Below, in pieces: positions 1 to 12,365 of a stretch of 64,000 bases of DNA. Made by a program: the position numbers and the translations under genes. Each line of letters opens with the position of its first letter. The stretch's first letter is position 1. The DNA comes from Eledone cirrhosa (lineage: Eukaryota): positions 31,620,001-31,684,000 of the forward strand of contig OZ024746.1 of NCBI GenBank assembly GCA_964016885.1, given 5' to 3'. The notes under the pieces are model-generated. The model did no database searches. It saw only the letters and a program-made list of their open reading frames with translations, and was not told where the DNA came from.

Positions 1-1628
1 TTCTCACCATGTCAAGACTAATTCTCTTGGCAAGGGATGGGGTAAAGATCGTCAGAAGCAAAAAAAAAAAAAAAAAAAAGAACCACCATAGTCTGGGCTT
101 TTAGAAAATTCACCCACTGCTAAGTTAGGTCACCTAGATCCCAAAAGCTATCAACTACTTCTTGGGAGTCTTCTGAGCATTTAAGAAAAGCTAAATTTTG
201 TTTGCTCTTGGTGCCTACTGCTTCTGTACATCTACTGCATACAAAATCTCCCTTCTTTCATAGTCTGCCTGTGATCCCACTACATTCCCTGTGCATCCAT
301 AATATACACTGGGTACACTATATATAATTCATACCCTCTCCATTTATGCACTTTGAATATGGCTATTTTCCTGAGAGTATTAGGGTCCTATCTTCTTTCT
401 TACTTAATAAAACTTTAATCTTGGCTAAAGTTACTTTAAGACTTTTGGATTCTAGGTTTTGCTCCCATGGCTGGAATATTTTTCTAAATTTACTACATCT
501 ATAAGAACTAGGTTATCAGTGTGTGGGAGTTCCCATAGACAGCCAGTCTTAAAACTCCTTTGTTATGGCCTGGACAACTATGATAAACACAAGGGGACAC
601 AGAAGTGTGCACTAGTGAACCCCTAGGTATCACCATTGCCAGATTTATCACAATACAAATTGGACATGTGAATCAGGATCACAGAAAAAGTTTTAAAAAT
701 TTGTGGTCTTTCATGTTGCCCTAGTAAATAATTTGTTCATATTGCTTACTAATATTTAGCTTTAAGTAAATATAATTGGGAAACTGGTTATATTTAATAT
801 AGTTGTGGGCTTAGAGGTGGTCTGAAAGAAAACTAAATTGTTTATTTTACACATATATTTATATGACTTTCAAGTTAGACAATGGAGGGGTTGAAGTGGG
901 GATCATTATACATACTTATGCATACAACACCAAGAGCTTGTCTTTGAAGTGTTGCCAGGTTTTCTTTTGATGGAGACCCTTCCTATCACCAATAGTTTTA
1001 CAGTATATACTGGGTGTATTTATCATGTCAATCAGTAACACTAGAGAAGTTGTGACCTTGATACAATTTTTTGGAATGACCTTGACCCATTTAAAAAATG
1101 GTTTCTACTGCTGGTTAACCCTCTTATCACCAACCACCTTCAGAATGTAACCAGCACTAGAGAGATTGTCATAACTGAACTACCCATGGCGGAATAGGAG
1201 TGATGAGGAGTGGGGGTAAGGAGAAAGATAAGTGTGGTGTCGTGTGTATGACAGATAGGAGAGGTAAGAGAGGATGTATGTTATAGGTGAATAGCAGGTA
1301 GAGGAGGTGAGGTTGTGGTATCATGAGTGTATGGCAGGTGGTGAGATTTGACAGAGTGACAAGTGGGAGGGTGGGTGATCTCCAATAGTGGGAGAGGGTA
1401 CTGAGATGATGAAAGCAGCTACTAGGGAATTGTGACTGATGTGCTATGTTTTAAGATTGGTGGATGTGATTCTAGATAGAGTGGCAGGGTGTTAGGATTT
1501 AAGGGGGGGTATACCAACTACCAACATTTTTACCAGCCTGTTCTTACTTTGGTTATCACACTTTCAGAGTATCTTCCCCCACTGTTGATTATATTCCATA
1601 AGTAACAAAAGCTGTCAGCAACCATTAG

Positions 1629-2121
1629 GGAGCTTTCCTGACAACCTCTCAGCGGAGCTTTCCTGACAACCTCTCAGCGGAGCTTTCCTGACAACCTCTC
1701 AGGGGAGCTTTCCTGACAACCTCTCAGCGGAGCTTTCCTGACAACCTCTCAGCAGAGCTTTCCTGACAACCTCTCAGGGGAGCTTTCCTGATAACCTCTC
1801 AGGGGAGCTTTCCTGACAACCTCTCAGGGGAGCTTTCCTGATAACCTCTCAGGGGAGCTTTCCTGATAACCTCTCAGGGGAGCTTTCCTGACAACCTCTC
1901 AGGGGAGCTTTCCTGACAACCTCTCAGGGGAGCTTTCCTGACAACCTCTCAGGGGAGCTTTCCTGACAACCTCGCAGCGGAGCTTTCCTGACAACCTCGC
2001 AGCGGAGCTTTCCTGACAACCTCTCAGCAGAGCTTTCCTGACAACCTCTCAGGGGAGCTTTCCTGACAACCTCGCAGCGGAGCTTTCCTGACAACCTCTC
2101 GGGGGAGCTTTCTTGATAACC
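1629..2121. repeat. Minisatellite, 25-bp unit (GGAGCTTTCCTGACAACCTCTCAGS), about 20 copies
   Basis: AGCTTT recurs at 1631, 1656, 1681 ... 2106 with exact 25-bp period; explains the periodic ORF 1924..2301(-). Confidence 0.97.
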
Positions 2122-2299
2122 GAGGCAATTTGTGCTCTTAGTGCTTATTTCTCCTGGGCATCTGCCACATATAAAGCCTATCTTCTCTGCTAACCAGCTG
2201 GAAAAACCACTACACCCCTTTTGTGTACATTGATTATACTGTGTGCACATCATGGAGGTTTTTTTACCCCCACCCCACCCTATTTTTGACACAAGAAGC

Positions 2300-2625
2300 A
2301 AGGTTACTTTCCTGATGGTATCAGCTTTTGGTCATCATTTCAACTTAGTCTTCGCTAAGTTAACTTTTAGGTCTCTCAACACTAGGTTCTTCTTTCATGT
2401 TTGAAATGTTGCCTCTAATTCTCCTACAGTTCACTTATTGGGATTAAGTCATCAGCATATAGGAGCTCCCATGGAATGTCAATTTTAAACTCTTCAGTGA
2501 TAGCCTGAAGGACAATGATAAAAAGAAATGGACTGAAGACTGAACCTTGGTGGCCCCTATCTGCACTCCAAATCCATTACTATACTTATTGCCAGCTATC
2601 ACCTTGCTGTTTGCTCCTCTATTCC
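2300..2625 (-). mobile_element. Degenerate RTE-clade LINE RT fragment
   Basis: Minus strand reads HQGSVFSPFLFIIVLQAITEEFKIDIPWELLYADDL, homologous to the RT of the RTE copy at 36492; frameshifted. Confidence 0.8.
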
Positions 2626-4059
2626 TTCATCGCTTGCATGTCTCTTCACCTACACCTAGCTTCTTAAGTGCCCATCAGATTATAGAGTGTATATCATCAC
2701 CATCAATCATCATCACCATTATCATCATTTAAAGTATATTTTCCAGACTTGCATGGGTTAAACAGGTTGTCATATTATGAGACAAGTCAAGTCAGGTGAC
2801 CCACATCTTGCTTATAGGGATAGGGGTGGGGTATAGTGATGGTGAGGAGAGCAATTAAGGAGTGATAGTGGGGATGTGTGTACATAGATAGTGTGGGAAG
2901 TCACATGCTCTGCTGATAAATATGTCTATCTCTTTAAAGTCTCACTGATATTCACAGTTATTTGACACCTCCATATCATATATTCACCTAAAATTTTATA
3001 ACTTGGAGAATAAAACATTTTGACTGTTATGTTATCAGCAAACAGTGCTTTATCTCTTTATTTCTTGCCTTTGAATCTTGGAATAAACTTAATCTCGTTG
3101 ATAATATAACCAGTTCTGCAATTGCTTTCAGAAAAATAAAAACAATATTTTGATAAAACAGATCTTTGGAAGAGTAAAATAGATTAAGTTGTTTACAATG
3201 TGTGGCTTAGTGTTTAGGGTGTCTGGTGCATGTTTGTAAGGTTGTGAGTTCCATTCCAGGTGGTGTGTTGTTGGGTCATTCAATAAGATAATTTACAGCT
3301 ACAGTTAATTTATTGCTACAGTTCATTCAAATTACAGAAAATGTGTTGTACCTGTAATTCCAAAGGCCATCCTGCCATTCTTGTTACCTGCTGAACCCTA
3401 TTCTATTACCCAGTTAACTAGTTAAAGATCCACATGTCTGTGGAATGAGTGGTATTAAGCTGTATTGTTGTTTGAATCAAATGGAACGCTTGTCGTTGGA
3501 ACCAGTGGAGGCTCAACACGATGGAAAACATTCTAATCTTGGTAAACCCAACTTTATATATCTACAACTACATTATTTAATATGTCCTTTCTTTGGTTTT
3601 TAGAGAGAGAGATAGAGAGAGAAAACTGACTCTAGTACAGGACTGGTACTTTATTTACCAATTTCGAAATGATAAAAGGCAAACTTGATCAACTTAATAC
3701 TGAGAAAGTTTCTCATATTATCAAATCCTACCAAATCCTTCATTATTTTCGAAATTATAGGCAGTATTTTTCATTAGAAATATGGGAAAGAATGATTTAA
3801 GTATCTGACAAATTTGTAAAAGATTAAATAAAGTATTTATACATTCTTCTTGGTCATTTATATTATTGTACATCTATGGTTTTATGTATTAAGGATGTGA
3901 GGTAAAGTTGATCTTGATGTTATTTGATCTCAGAGTGCTGCTCACCTGAAATATACTGTAAGGCATTTTATCTGGTGTCATAATAACTTTTCCAGTTTGC
4001 TGCATTTCTTTAAATTATGAGAACCAATTACATTTGCTTGATATATTTCCTGCAGTGTA

Positions 4060-4725
4060 GATGCAGCATGGTTAAATGTTTATGACATTTGCTTTACAAC
4101 CATCAGGTCCCAGGTTAAATTTTCTTTGCATGGCATCTTGGGCAAGTAATAATTACGATAGCCTTGGGTTGACAAATGCCTTGTGAGTGAAATTGTGTAG
4201 ATAGAAACTGTCTAGAAGCATGTCAGATAGATTGTACCTGTAATTCACAGGGTCACTCTTGTCACATATTGCACTACTCTGATTCTGCCTGAGAATTATG
4301 TTAATGTACATGTGTCTGTGGAATACTCAACCACTTACATGTTAATTCATGAGTCAGATGTTTAGTTGATCAAATGACAGACTGTCCTTTGTTAAAACCA
4401 ACAGAAAATCCCTTAAACTGACAGCCAAAGAGATGGACTGTACCTGTAATTAAAGGGTCAACTTTGTTATATGCTGTGTTATGTTGAATCTCCCTGAGAA
4501 TTATCTTAAAGGTACATGTGTTTATGGAATATGCAAAATATAATTTACACAATAATACAAGATGGACTGTGCATGTAATTGAAAGGGTCAGCCTTGTCAT
4601 ACACTGTGTCATGCTGAATCTCCCTGAGAATTACATTATGGGTACAAGTGTCAGTAGAACACTCAGCCATTTACATGTTAATTTTATTTGACAACTGGAA
4701 CACTCATCGTTGAGCCAGACTGAGG
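4060..4725 (+). mobile_element. Degenerate tRNA-derived SINE (family 2) with tandemly duplicated body
   Basis: The TGTACCTGTAATT...CTGAGAATT...CTGTGGAATAC block repeats at ~4233, ~4439 and ~4568; homologous to the SINE at 11063-11378. Confidence 0.6.
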
Positions 4726-5034
4726 ACCATGCCTTTTCAGTGTGTTAAAATTTGCAGGAGTTAAAATTTGTTGTAGGATTATAGAAGTGTTTGTCTCATT
4801 GGCAACAGAAATATGCTATTAATATTGAAATTTAAATATTTATCAACAAAAAAATAAATTTTATATGTCTGATGTGTTCTTGGAATTTTAACTGATGACA
4901 ACATTGATAGATAAGGTATATCTGTTTATGAAGTGTGTTTACACATGTATGTATGTATTTAATGAAGAGGATTGCATTACATTTTAAGGAGTAGTGGGTG
5001 GGTAATAACGGTAGAAAGCTGATTAATTGTCCTG

Positions 5035-5036
<2 letters not shown>

Positions 5037-5121
<85 letters not shown>

Positions 5122-5131
5122 CTCTCTCTCT
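5037..5131. repeat. (CA)n followed by (CT)n microsatellite
   Basis: Direct observation. Confidence 0.98.
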
Positions 5132-5462
5132 CACATACACACACACGTTCACATACACATGCATACATGCACACACCCATACATCCACTCTCTCTCTCTC
5201 TCACACACACACATCTATATATAAATGCAACCCCTGGCATAAAGTTACTGTACTCTACAATAATATACATCACATTTTGCTATCTACAACACTGCTGCAG
5301 GCCTTCTTCAGTGAATATATTTCATTATATATATATCATTATCATCATCATCATCATCACCATCATCATCGTTTAATGTCTATCTTCCATGCTAGCATGG
5401 ATTTAGACGGGAATTGTCCCACTTGAGGCAAGATTGGTTGTCTTGCTCGTGTAGGACTGTCT

Positions 5463-5509
<47 letters not shown>

Positions 5510-5684
5510 AGTATGAGATATATGTATTATACATATGATTTGTATATGACAACATTGAATATTATATGATAAATAGTATTAGATTAGTACTTGTCAGAGG
5601 CATCACCAAGCTATACATGAAAAACCACAACAAAAACTGCAGAGAAAACACATTAGTAATACAAACGCTGAGAACATACTATAA

Positions 5685-6312
5685 TCTCCACCTCCACCAA
5701 CATCACCACTACCAACATCACCAACAGCACCAATACCAACATCAACAACACTACTACCAACACCATCACCAACACTAATAACATCACCACCGCCAACAGC
5801 AACATCACCACCACCAACAGCACCAATACCAACATTAACAACACTACTACCAACACCATCACCAACACTAATAACATCACCACCGCCAACAGCAACATCA
5901 CCACCACCAACAGCACCAATACCAACATCAACAACACTACTACCAACACCATCACCAACACTAATAACATCACCACCGCCAACAGCAACATCACCACCAC
6001 CAACAGCACCAATACCAACATCAACAACACTACTACCAACACCATCACCAACACTAATAACATCACCACCACCAACAGCACCAATACCAACATTAATAAT
6101 ACTACTACCAACACCATCACCAACACTAATAACATCACCACCGCCAACAGCAACATCACCACCACCAACAGCACCAATACCAACATCAACAACACTACTA
6201 CCAACACCATCACCAACACTAATAACATCACCACCACCAACAGCAACATCACCACCACCAACAGCACCAATACCAACATTAATAACACTACTACCAACAC
6301 CATCACCAACAA
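5685..6312. repeat. NCA-triplet-based minisatellite, 93-bp unit (one 72-bp unit), ~6.5 copies, just upstream of the SULT gene 1 ATG
   Basis: 31-residue periodicity in the translations (PTAPIPTSTTLLPTPSPTLITSPPPTATSPP on +; VGIGAVGGGDVAVGGGDVISVGDGVGSSVVD on -). Confidence 0.92.
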
Positions 6313-6433
6313 CAATATCCTTACATACAACAGTACTACTGATATTAGCAGTAAACAATATCCCTTCATCCATTGACTGCAAGACCAACACCAAACAAGC
6401 ATTACTTATATTACAAACAACTACAAAATCGTC

Positions 6434-6629
6434 ATGGAAAACGAAAATGTGGGAGGAGATGGTCATAAACAGACTAAGCTATATGACAGGGTTGGGGAAT
6501 CAATTTTCACTTACAAATATCGAGGCCACAATATGATTCCATTACCAATAGTGGCAGAAAACTTGGCCAAATTAAATTCACTCAAAATTCGTCCTGATGA
6601 TATTTTAATAAGCAGTTATCCAGCAGCAG
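6434..6629 (+). CDS. SULT gene 1 coding exon 1
   Basis: ATG 6434 ...SYPAA-G; donor GTAAGG at 6630. Confidence 0.88.
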
Positions 6630-9407
6630 GTAAGGCTTTTTAACTAAGAATTTTTTCTATGTGTCAACCAGTGGTGTGTGTTGGTGTTGGATAGCCATCA
6701 GTTCAGCCAATGATTATTCCAGTTGTTCAATAAACTGTACAGCCTACTTGTGAAATTAATGTGCATATGACTGAGCACTTCACAGACACCAGTCCTCTTA
6801 ATGTAGTTCTTTGGAAGATTGCAGGAACACAATGTGTGACAAAGCTAACCCTTTGAATTACAGGCACAACTGATTTTTACAAGCTGAGTGGATTAGAGTA
6901 ACCTAAAATAAAGTGTCTTACTCAAGGACACAACACACAGTTGGGAATTAAACCAACAATCTTTTGATTGTGAGCCAAAAATCTTAACTACTAAGCCACA
7001 TCCTTTCATGAGCTCATGGGAGTATTAGTGCTGTCTACTAGTGTTATTGTTATTTGCAAGACATTGATAATGGCTAAGTCTGTCAATGATATTAAACTGT
7101 TTATTTTAAAGTGTTTATATTTATCTAGATATCTTCCATGATCGTTTTATGTAAGAACCTTTGTTGAACTACCCCAGTTTCAATAGCGCTAAGCCACTGG
7201 CATCCTGATCTTTCATCCTTGGACAAGACACCAAACACCAACTTAATAATGAGAATAATAGTTATTGTACCAAATCCTTCCAAATTCCTCATTATTTTCA
7301 GAATTAGAGGCAATGTTTTTCATTAAAAATACAATTAAAAAAAAAAGCTGTATGATTATTGGTGGATATTGTAAGTATAACAGTTAGTTTCTCAGCTAAC
7401 TTGGGTAGTGATCTAAAGTATTAAATCTTTCTTTAAGATATTTCTAATAAAAGACACTACTTATAATCTAACACATGAGATAAAGTATTTATACGTTCTC
7501 CTTGGTCATTATATTGTTTTATTAATATTGTACATTTGTGTTTTTGTTGGTTTTTTTTTTTGAGAATGTGATAATTGTCAGCTATTATAAAAAATGTAGT
7601 TGTCTGTGAAGTGGAGATCATCTTTCTTTGGAATTGAAGGAAGGCCTGAAACACCCCTCTCCTTGGTTGATTGCCATTGCAAGTTTCATTGCAAAATTTC
7701 CGAAGGACCTTTTCTATGAGATAATTATGTGAGGTAAACCCTTTATCATGAAAATATAATAGTAAATATAGTGTAATGTAAATGCTAAAGGGTTAATATT
7801 GTCAGTATCGATAGTGTCGGACAACATGCTTCACAGCATAGTGCGGCCCTTTATGTTCAGAGGTCAAATCTCATCGAGGTTAGCTTTGCCTTTCATCCTT
7901 ACAGGGTCGATACAAGGGGTCGAGCACCAGTAATACACTGGGGTCGATTTAATCGACTTTCCTCTCCCCTTCAAATTGCTGGCCTTGTGCCCAAAGTAGA
8001 AACAATTATGTATGGGATGGGCAATATATATATAAAGATAATTTTATTTGGTTTTCTAGGCTCCCACTGGTTGTTTGAGATAATAAATATGATACTGAAT
8101 GAAAACAGTGAAAGAATATCAAGAATTAAAGAAGATGCAATGTTGGAACTTTCTACTCTTGAAATAATAGATGCTATGGATTCCCCACGTTTACTACAGA
8201 CACATCTACCTCCAGATATTATTCCTGAGGGTTTACTGAAAGACCATAAGTTTATATATCTCACACGCAACCCTAAAGCTGTAGTTGTGTCATACTACAG
8301 ACATTCTAGAGCCCTCGCAACATATGGATACCGAGGAACCATGGAAAATTTCTTTCACATGTTCAGGAATGGAGATGGTAACTACTACTGCTACTACTAC
8401 TACTTATGAATATATATATGTATATATATTATCATCATCATCGTTTAATGTCCACTTTCCAGGCTGGCATTGGTTAGATGAGTTGTCCCATTTGAGGCAA
8501 GTTGGGTCAGGTGACTGTGTCCTGCTCATACAGAACTGTTTCTGGTTAGATTTCTACCTTCCTAATGCCAACCACATTTACAGTGTGTGTTGGGTGCTTT
8601 TTGCCATGACTTTTACACAGCCACTTTACAGTGTGGACTGGGTGCTTTTTGTTGTGACACCTTCACGGCTACTTCACAGTGTGGACTGGGTGCTTTTAGT
8701 TGGGACACCTATATGACCATTTTACAGATGATATGATATGATATATATATATATATATGTAAATATCTTTAAGTCGTTTGGAAGCCTCGACAATGCAAAT
8801 GGGTAAATCTCCGGGTAACAAGATCCGGTGGTGGAGAGAGAGATGTAAGTGGGTGTACGTTGAGATGCGTGGTGTGTATAAGATGTGTAGAAGAATGAAG
8901 GAAAGAGTATAAAGGATAAAATAAAAATAACAACACGAGAGAGAGTTACCTTGGGAAAGATTTAATTGTTCCTATATATTTCGGATTCACATCCATCAAC
9001 TGGGGTTTTTTTCCGGGGTGGGGGAAAGGTTGTCTGTCGGAAAGGTGTCTGTCAAAACAACAAACAGCGGAGGACGCGTTTCGCACCTTTCCGACAGACA
9101 ACCTTTCCCCCACCCCGGAAAAAACCCCCAGTTGATGGATGTGAATCCGAAATATATAGGGACAATTAAATCTCTCCCAAGGTAACTCTCTCTCGTGTTG
9201 TTATTTTTATTTTATCCTTTATACTCTTTCCTTCATTCTTCTACACATCTTATACACACCACGCATCTCAACGTACACCCACTTACATCTCTCTCTCCAC
9301 CACCGGATCTTGTTACCCGGAGATTTACCCATTTGCATTGTCGAGGCTTCCAAACGACTTAAAGATATTTACTTATTATTCCACAATGCTTCAAGCAAAC
9401 TTCAATA

Positions 9408-9485
<78 letters not shown>

Positions 9486-11572
9486 GTAGAGGATGGAACT
9501 CAAGCTCAGGCAGTTCCAGCTAGTGACCTCTATTTAGCCTTCATCAGGACATCATTTCAAATTTGAGACACTGACTGAGAGCGCTCAGAGAGGCGCACAT
9601 AGACGACACTCACAAACATGCACACATACACACACAGAGGCATTCACACAGGCACACACACAGACATTGACACACACTCACACACAGGCACTCACACACA
9701 GGCACACACACACATACAGGCACACACACAGATATAAGCAAATATACAATCATACATACACACATACAGATACACATAAATCAGCTCTCTATACAGTTTC
9801 CGTCAAACAAATTCAACTAACAAGATACCTGTCAAATTGAGGCTACAGGTGGAGAAACTTGTCTAAGGTGCTGTAAATGATATATAAACACTCACACGCA
9901 GCTTATATAATTACTTTATAGTCGTTTTCAGAAGAAACACATCTTACAAGAAACTTCTCTTCAATTTTGTAGTGATTGCTGGAGAATATTTTCAATACCA
10001 ATGGGAATATTGGCGCATTGTCAAAGACAACCCAAATGCTTTAGTAATAACCTATGAAGAAATGAAAAAGGTGAATATTGTTTACTGTATCCTCCTCCTC
10101 ATCATCATCATCATCACCATCATCATCATCGCCAACATCATCATCATCAGCAGCAGCAGCATTTTATGCCTACTTTCAATGCTGGCGTGGGTTAGACAGA
10201 TTGTCATGGTCAGAGATTTCTCATCACATTCCATATTTGGCATGGTTTCTACAGCTAGATGCCCTTCTAATGACAACCACTTTACAGGATCTGTTGGTTG
10301 TATTTTCATGACACCAGCATAGGTGCATCTTTTTGTGACATCTGCATTACATCTTTACAGAATGTACAAAGAAAATGCCATTACAGTATATTTTCTGGCT
10401 CTTTATATTCTGAGTTCAAATCCTGCCAAGGTCAACTTTGCCTTTCAGCCTTTCAGGTTCGATAAAATAAAGTACCAGCCAAGTACTGTGGTCAATTTAA
10501 TTGATTTACCATTCCCCAAAATTGCGGTCTTTGTGTCTAATTTAAAAACCATTATGATATTGTAAAATATTTACCATCAATTTAGGAATACTTATAAGTT
10601 GTTATATAAATGATTTATTTATAAGATATTTATGTCCAAATAAGTTATTTCTAAGAAATTACTAATATAATATCAATATAATGTGGTTTTCTTTTATAAA
10701 CAGGCCCCATACGAAGGAGTGTCTCGTATTGCCAAGTTTCTTGGAAAATCCATTAGTGAACAACTAGCTGAAAGTATCATTGATATGTGTTCTTTTAAGA
10801 AGATGGTTTCTGAAAAAAAGACTGCAAGTGACAATTTTCCAGCAGACATATTCAACGATAGTGGATCATTTTATCACAATGGTAAGTTTAGAGTTGTTGT
10901 AGTTAACACCATTTTAGAGGAATGAGAAAATGAAATGGTGATGTCTATATGTTTCCCCAAAATATTCATGGCATAAGGCAAATGTCTTCATCTGAGAATG
11001 GGGGCCTGGTTGCAGTCTTGGTTCACTGTGAATTTACTTGTAGTTCTATGGAGTTCACTAAGAAGGCACATGGCTTAGTGGTTAAAGTGCCCAGCTCATG
11101 ATAACATGATCATCAGTTCAATTCCTGGCAGTACATTATATCCTTGAGCAAGTAACTTTATTTTACATTGCTTCAGGTCCACTCAGCTGGATAAGTAAGT
11201 TGTACCAGTAATTCAAAGGGCCAGCCTTGTCACACACTGTGTCATGCTGAATCTTTCTGAGAACTATGTTAAGCATACACATATCTGTGGAATGCTCAGT
11301 CACTTGCATGTTAATTTCATGAGCAGGCTCTTCCATTGATGTAATGACTGGCACACTCATTGTTGAAATGTATGGAGATCAATTCTATTTTTACAATGTA
11401 AAATTAAATCGATTCTTATAAATATGGAACTATATTGGTAATAAAGATGTTAATATTTTTTTTAGGTGAAATTGACACCTGGAAAAAATGGCTAACTGTG
11501 GAACAAAGTGAAATATTAGAGGCATGTATCCAGTCAGAACTTATTGATCAAGGAATCAAGTTTAATTTTTGA
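6434..11572 (+). CDS. Cytosolic sulfotransferase-fold protein, gene 1 (298 aa): join(6434..6629,8060..8377,9973..10070,10704..10881,11466..11572)
   Basis: SULT motifs in order: IRPDDILISSYPAAG|[59 protein letters not shown]. All introns GT-AG with compatible phases (1,1,0,1); exon sum 897 nt, open to TGA. Confidence 0.93.
6720..7010 (-). mobile_element. tRNA-derived SINE (family 2), degenerate
   Basis: Reverse complement matches 11063-11378 (GGCTTAGTAGTTAAG head, GTCCTTGAGTAAGACACTTTA body). Confidence 0.65.
7800..8010 (+). mobile_element. tRNA-derived SINE (family 1)
   Basis: TTTGCCTTTCATCCTTACAGGGTCGATA core and GGCCTTGTGCCCAAAGTAGAAACAATTAT tail shared with other copies. Confidence 0.8.
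8060..8377 (+). CDS. SULT gene 1 coding exon 2
   Basis: Acceptor TTTTCTAG, SHW...RNGD, donor GTAACT; 318 nt, the same length as gene 2 exon 2. Confidence 0.92.
8759..9412. mobile_element. Penelope-like pseudo-LTR in inverted (palindromic) arrangement, inserted in (AT)n within intron 2 of SULT gene 1
   Basis: Arms 8759-9047 and 9084-9372 are reverse complements (about 3 mismatches), 36-bp spacer. 9060-9412 is homologous to 12630-12964, which follows a Penelope GIY-YIG ORF. Confidence 0.88.
9126..9161 (+). ncRNA. Candidate minimal type-I hammerhead-like ribozyme with variant core
   Basis: CCC-CAGUUGA-U-GGAU(GUGA)AUCC-GAAA-UAUAU-A-GGG; topology matches Penelope-associated minimal hammerheads but the core differs from CUGANGA. 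Confidence 0.5.
9413..9482. repeat. (AT)n microsatellite
   Basis: Direct observation. Confidence 0.98.
9973..10070 (+). CDS. SULT gene 1 coding exon 3
   Basis: Acceptor TTTTGTAG, (V)IAGEYFQYQWEYWR...TYEEMKK, donor GTGAAT; 98 nt. Confidence 0.9.
10704..10881 (+). CDS. SULT gene 1 coding exon 4
   Basis: Acceptor AAACAG, APYEGVSRIAKFLG...SFYHN, donor GTAAGT; 178 nt. Confidence 0.9.
11063..11378 (+). mobile_element. tRNA-derived SINE (family 2)
   Basis: A-box-like TGGCTTAGTGG and B-box-like GTTCAATTCC; body shared with copies at ~3200, ~4060, ~6720(-) and ~50570(-). Confidence 0.75.
11466..11572 (+). CDS. SULT gene 1 coding exon 5
   Basis: Acceptor [22 protein letters not shown]...FNF, TGA at 11570-11572. 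Confidence 0.92.
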
Positions 11573-11756
11573 ATGATAAAATTTTCAATATTGTTTACAG
11601 GATTAAAAAGTATTTGTGAAAAATCTATCATTTTGGTGTAATTATTTAAATATATTTCTTGGTTATGATTTATTATACAGACAATTATTTAAAAACCATT
11701 ATGATATTGTAAAATATTTACTATCAATTTAGGAATACTTATATGTTTTTATATAA

Positions 11757-12365
11757 ATGATTGGTTTCACCCATACCAAGCGGTTCCTCAGGGTGCTGGA
11801 GATGAACGGATACCCAGCCTTGCTTACAAACAGAGTAAGAGACACCAGACTCAAGAGGCAGAGAAACACCCAAGGCAAGTGCTTCCTTAAAATCCCCCAC
11901 CTGGGTGAGAAAACCACCAACGCTATCTGCAGGGCTATATGGAGAGAGGGCCTCGACATCCACCTGGCCCACTTGGGCCCCTCCCTATGGAGATGCCTCT
12001 CCAGGAAATGCGGGAAATCGACTGACGCCTGTTCCCTCAGAAACTGTCCAATGCGCCAAACGAACTGTTGCTTACGCACATACGTTGTATACAGGGTAGA
12101 ATGTGACAAGTGCAACCACTACTATATCGGTAGCACAATCCGGTCACTACATATCCGGATCAAGGAGCACATCAACACCAGGGCCTCATCTTTCCGGAAA
12201 CACATAACCAAATGCAGAAACAAAGACGGAAGGTCAATTGTCACAGTGTTAGCGACAGAACGCAACGTCAGCATGTTACAAATCAAGGAAGCACTTTGGA
12301 TCAAACGCCTAGGACCACAAATAAATAACCGATCCGAGAGAAGCGAGACGAGGTGGCTGGTGTAA
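11757..12365 (+). CDS. Penelope-type GIY-YIG endonuclease ORF (truncated element)
   Basis: 202-aa open frame with VVY...YIG, RxxEH and catalytic E/N motifs; the ATG comes from flanking captured host DNA. Confidence 0.6.
   Translation: MIGFTHTKRFLRVLEMNGYPALLTNRVRDTRLKRQRNTQGKCFLKIPHLGEKTTNAICRAIWREGLDIHLAHLGPSLWRCLSRKCGKSTDACSLRNCPMRQTNCCLRTYVVYRVECDKCNHYYIGSTIRSLHIRIKEHINTRASSFRKHITKCRNKDGRSIVTVLATERNVSMLQIKEALWIKRLGPQINNRSERSETRWLV

Noticed and set aside
1629-2121. CRISPR-like array and the 125-aa ORF 1924..2301(-)
   Set aside because: Units are contiguous with no unique spacers, no cas genes are present and the context is eukaryotic; the ORF is a by-product of the 25-bp repeat.
4832-5426. 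ORFs with poly-CV or poly-HT
   Set aside because: Translations of the (CA)n microsatellite.
5617-6434. In-frame mucin-SULT fusion protein
   Set aside because: Would need two frameshifts: the upstream ATG, the PTS frame and the SULT ATG lie in three different frames.
5603-6466. 287-aa Gly/Val-rich and 249-aa hydrophobic ORFs on - strand
   Set aside because: Antisense readings of a triplet-based minisatellite; no domain evidence; the longer one overlaps SULT exon 1 in antisense.
8966-9169. 67-aa ORF across the palindrome centre
   Set aside because: Incidental frame in non-coding pseudo-LTR sequence.
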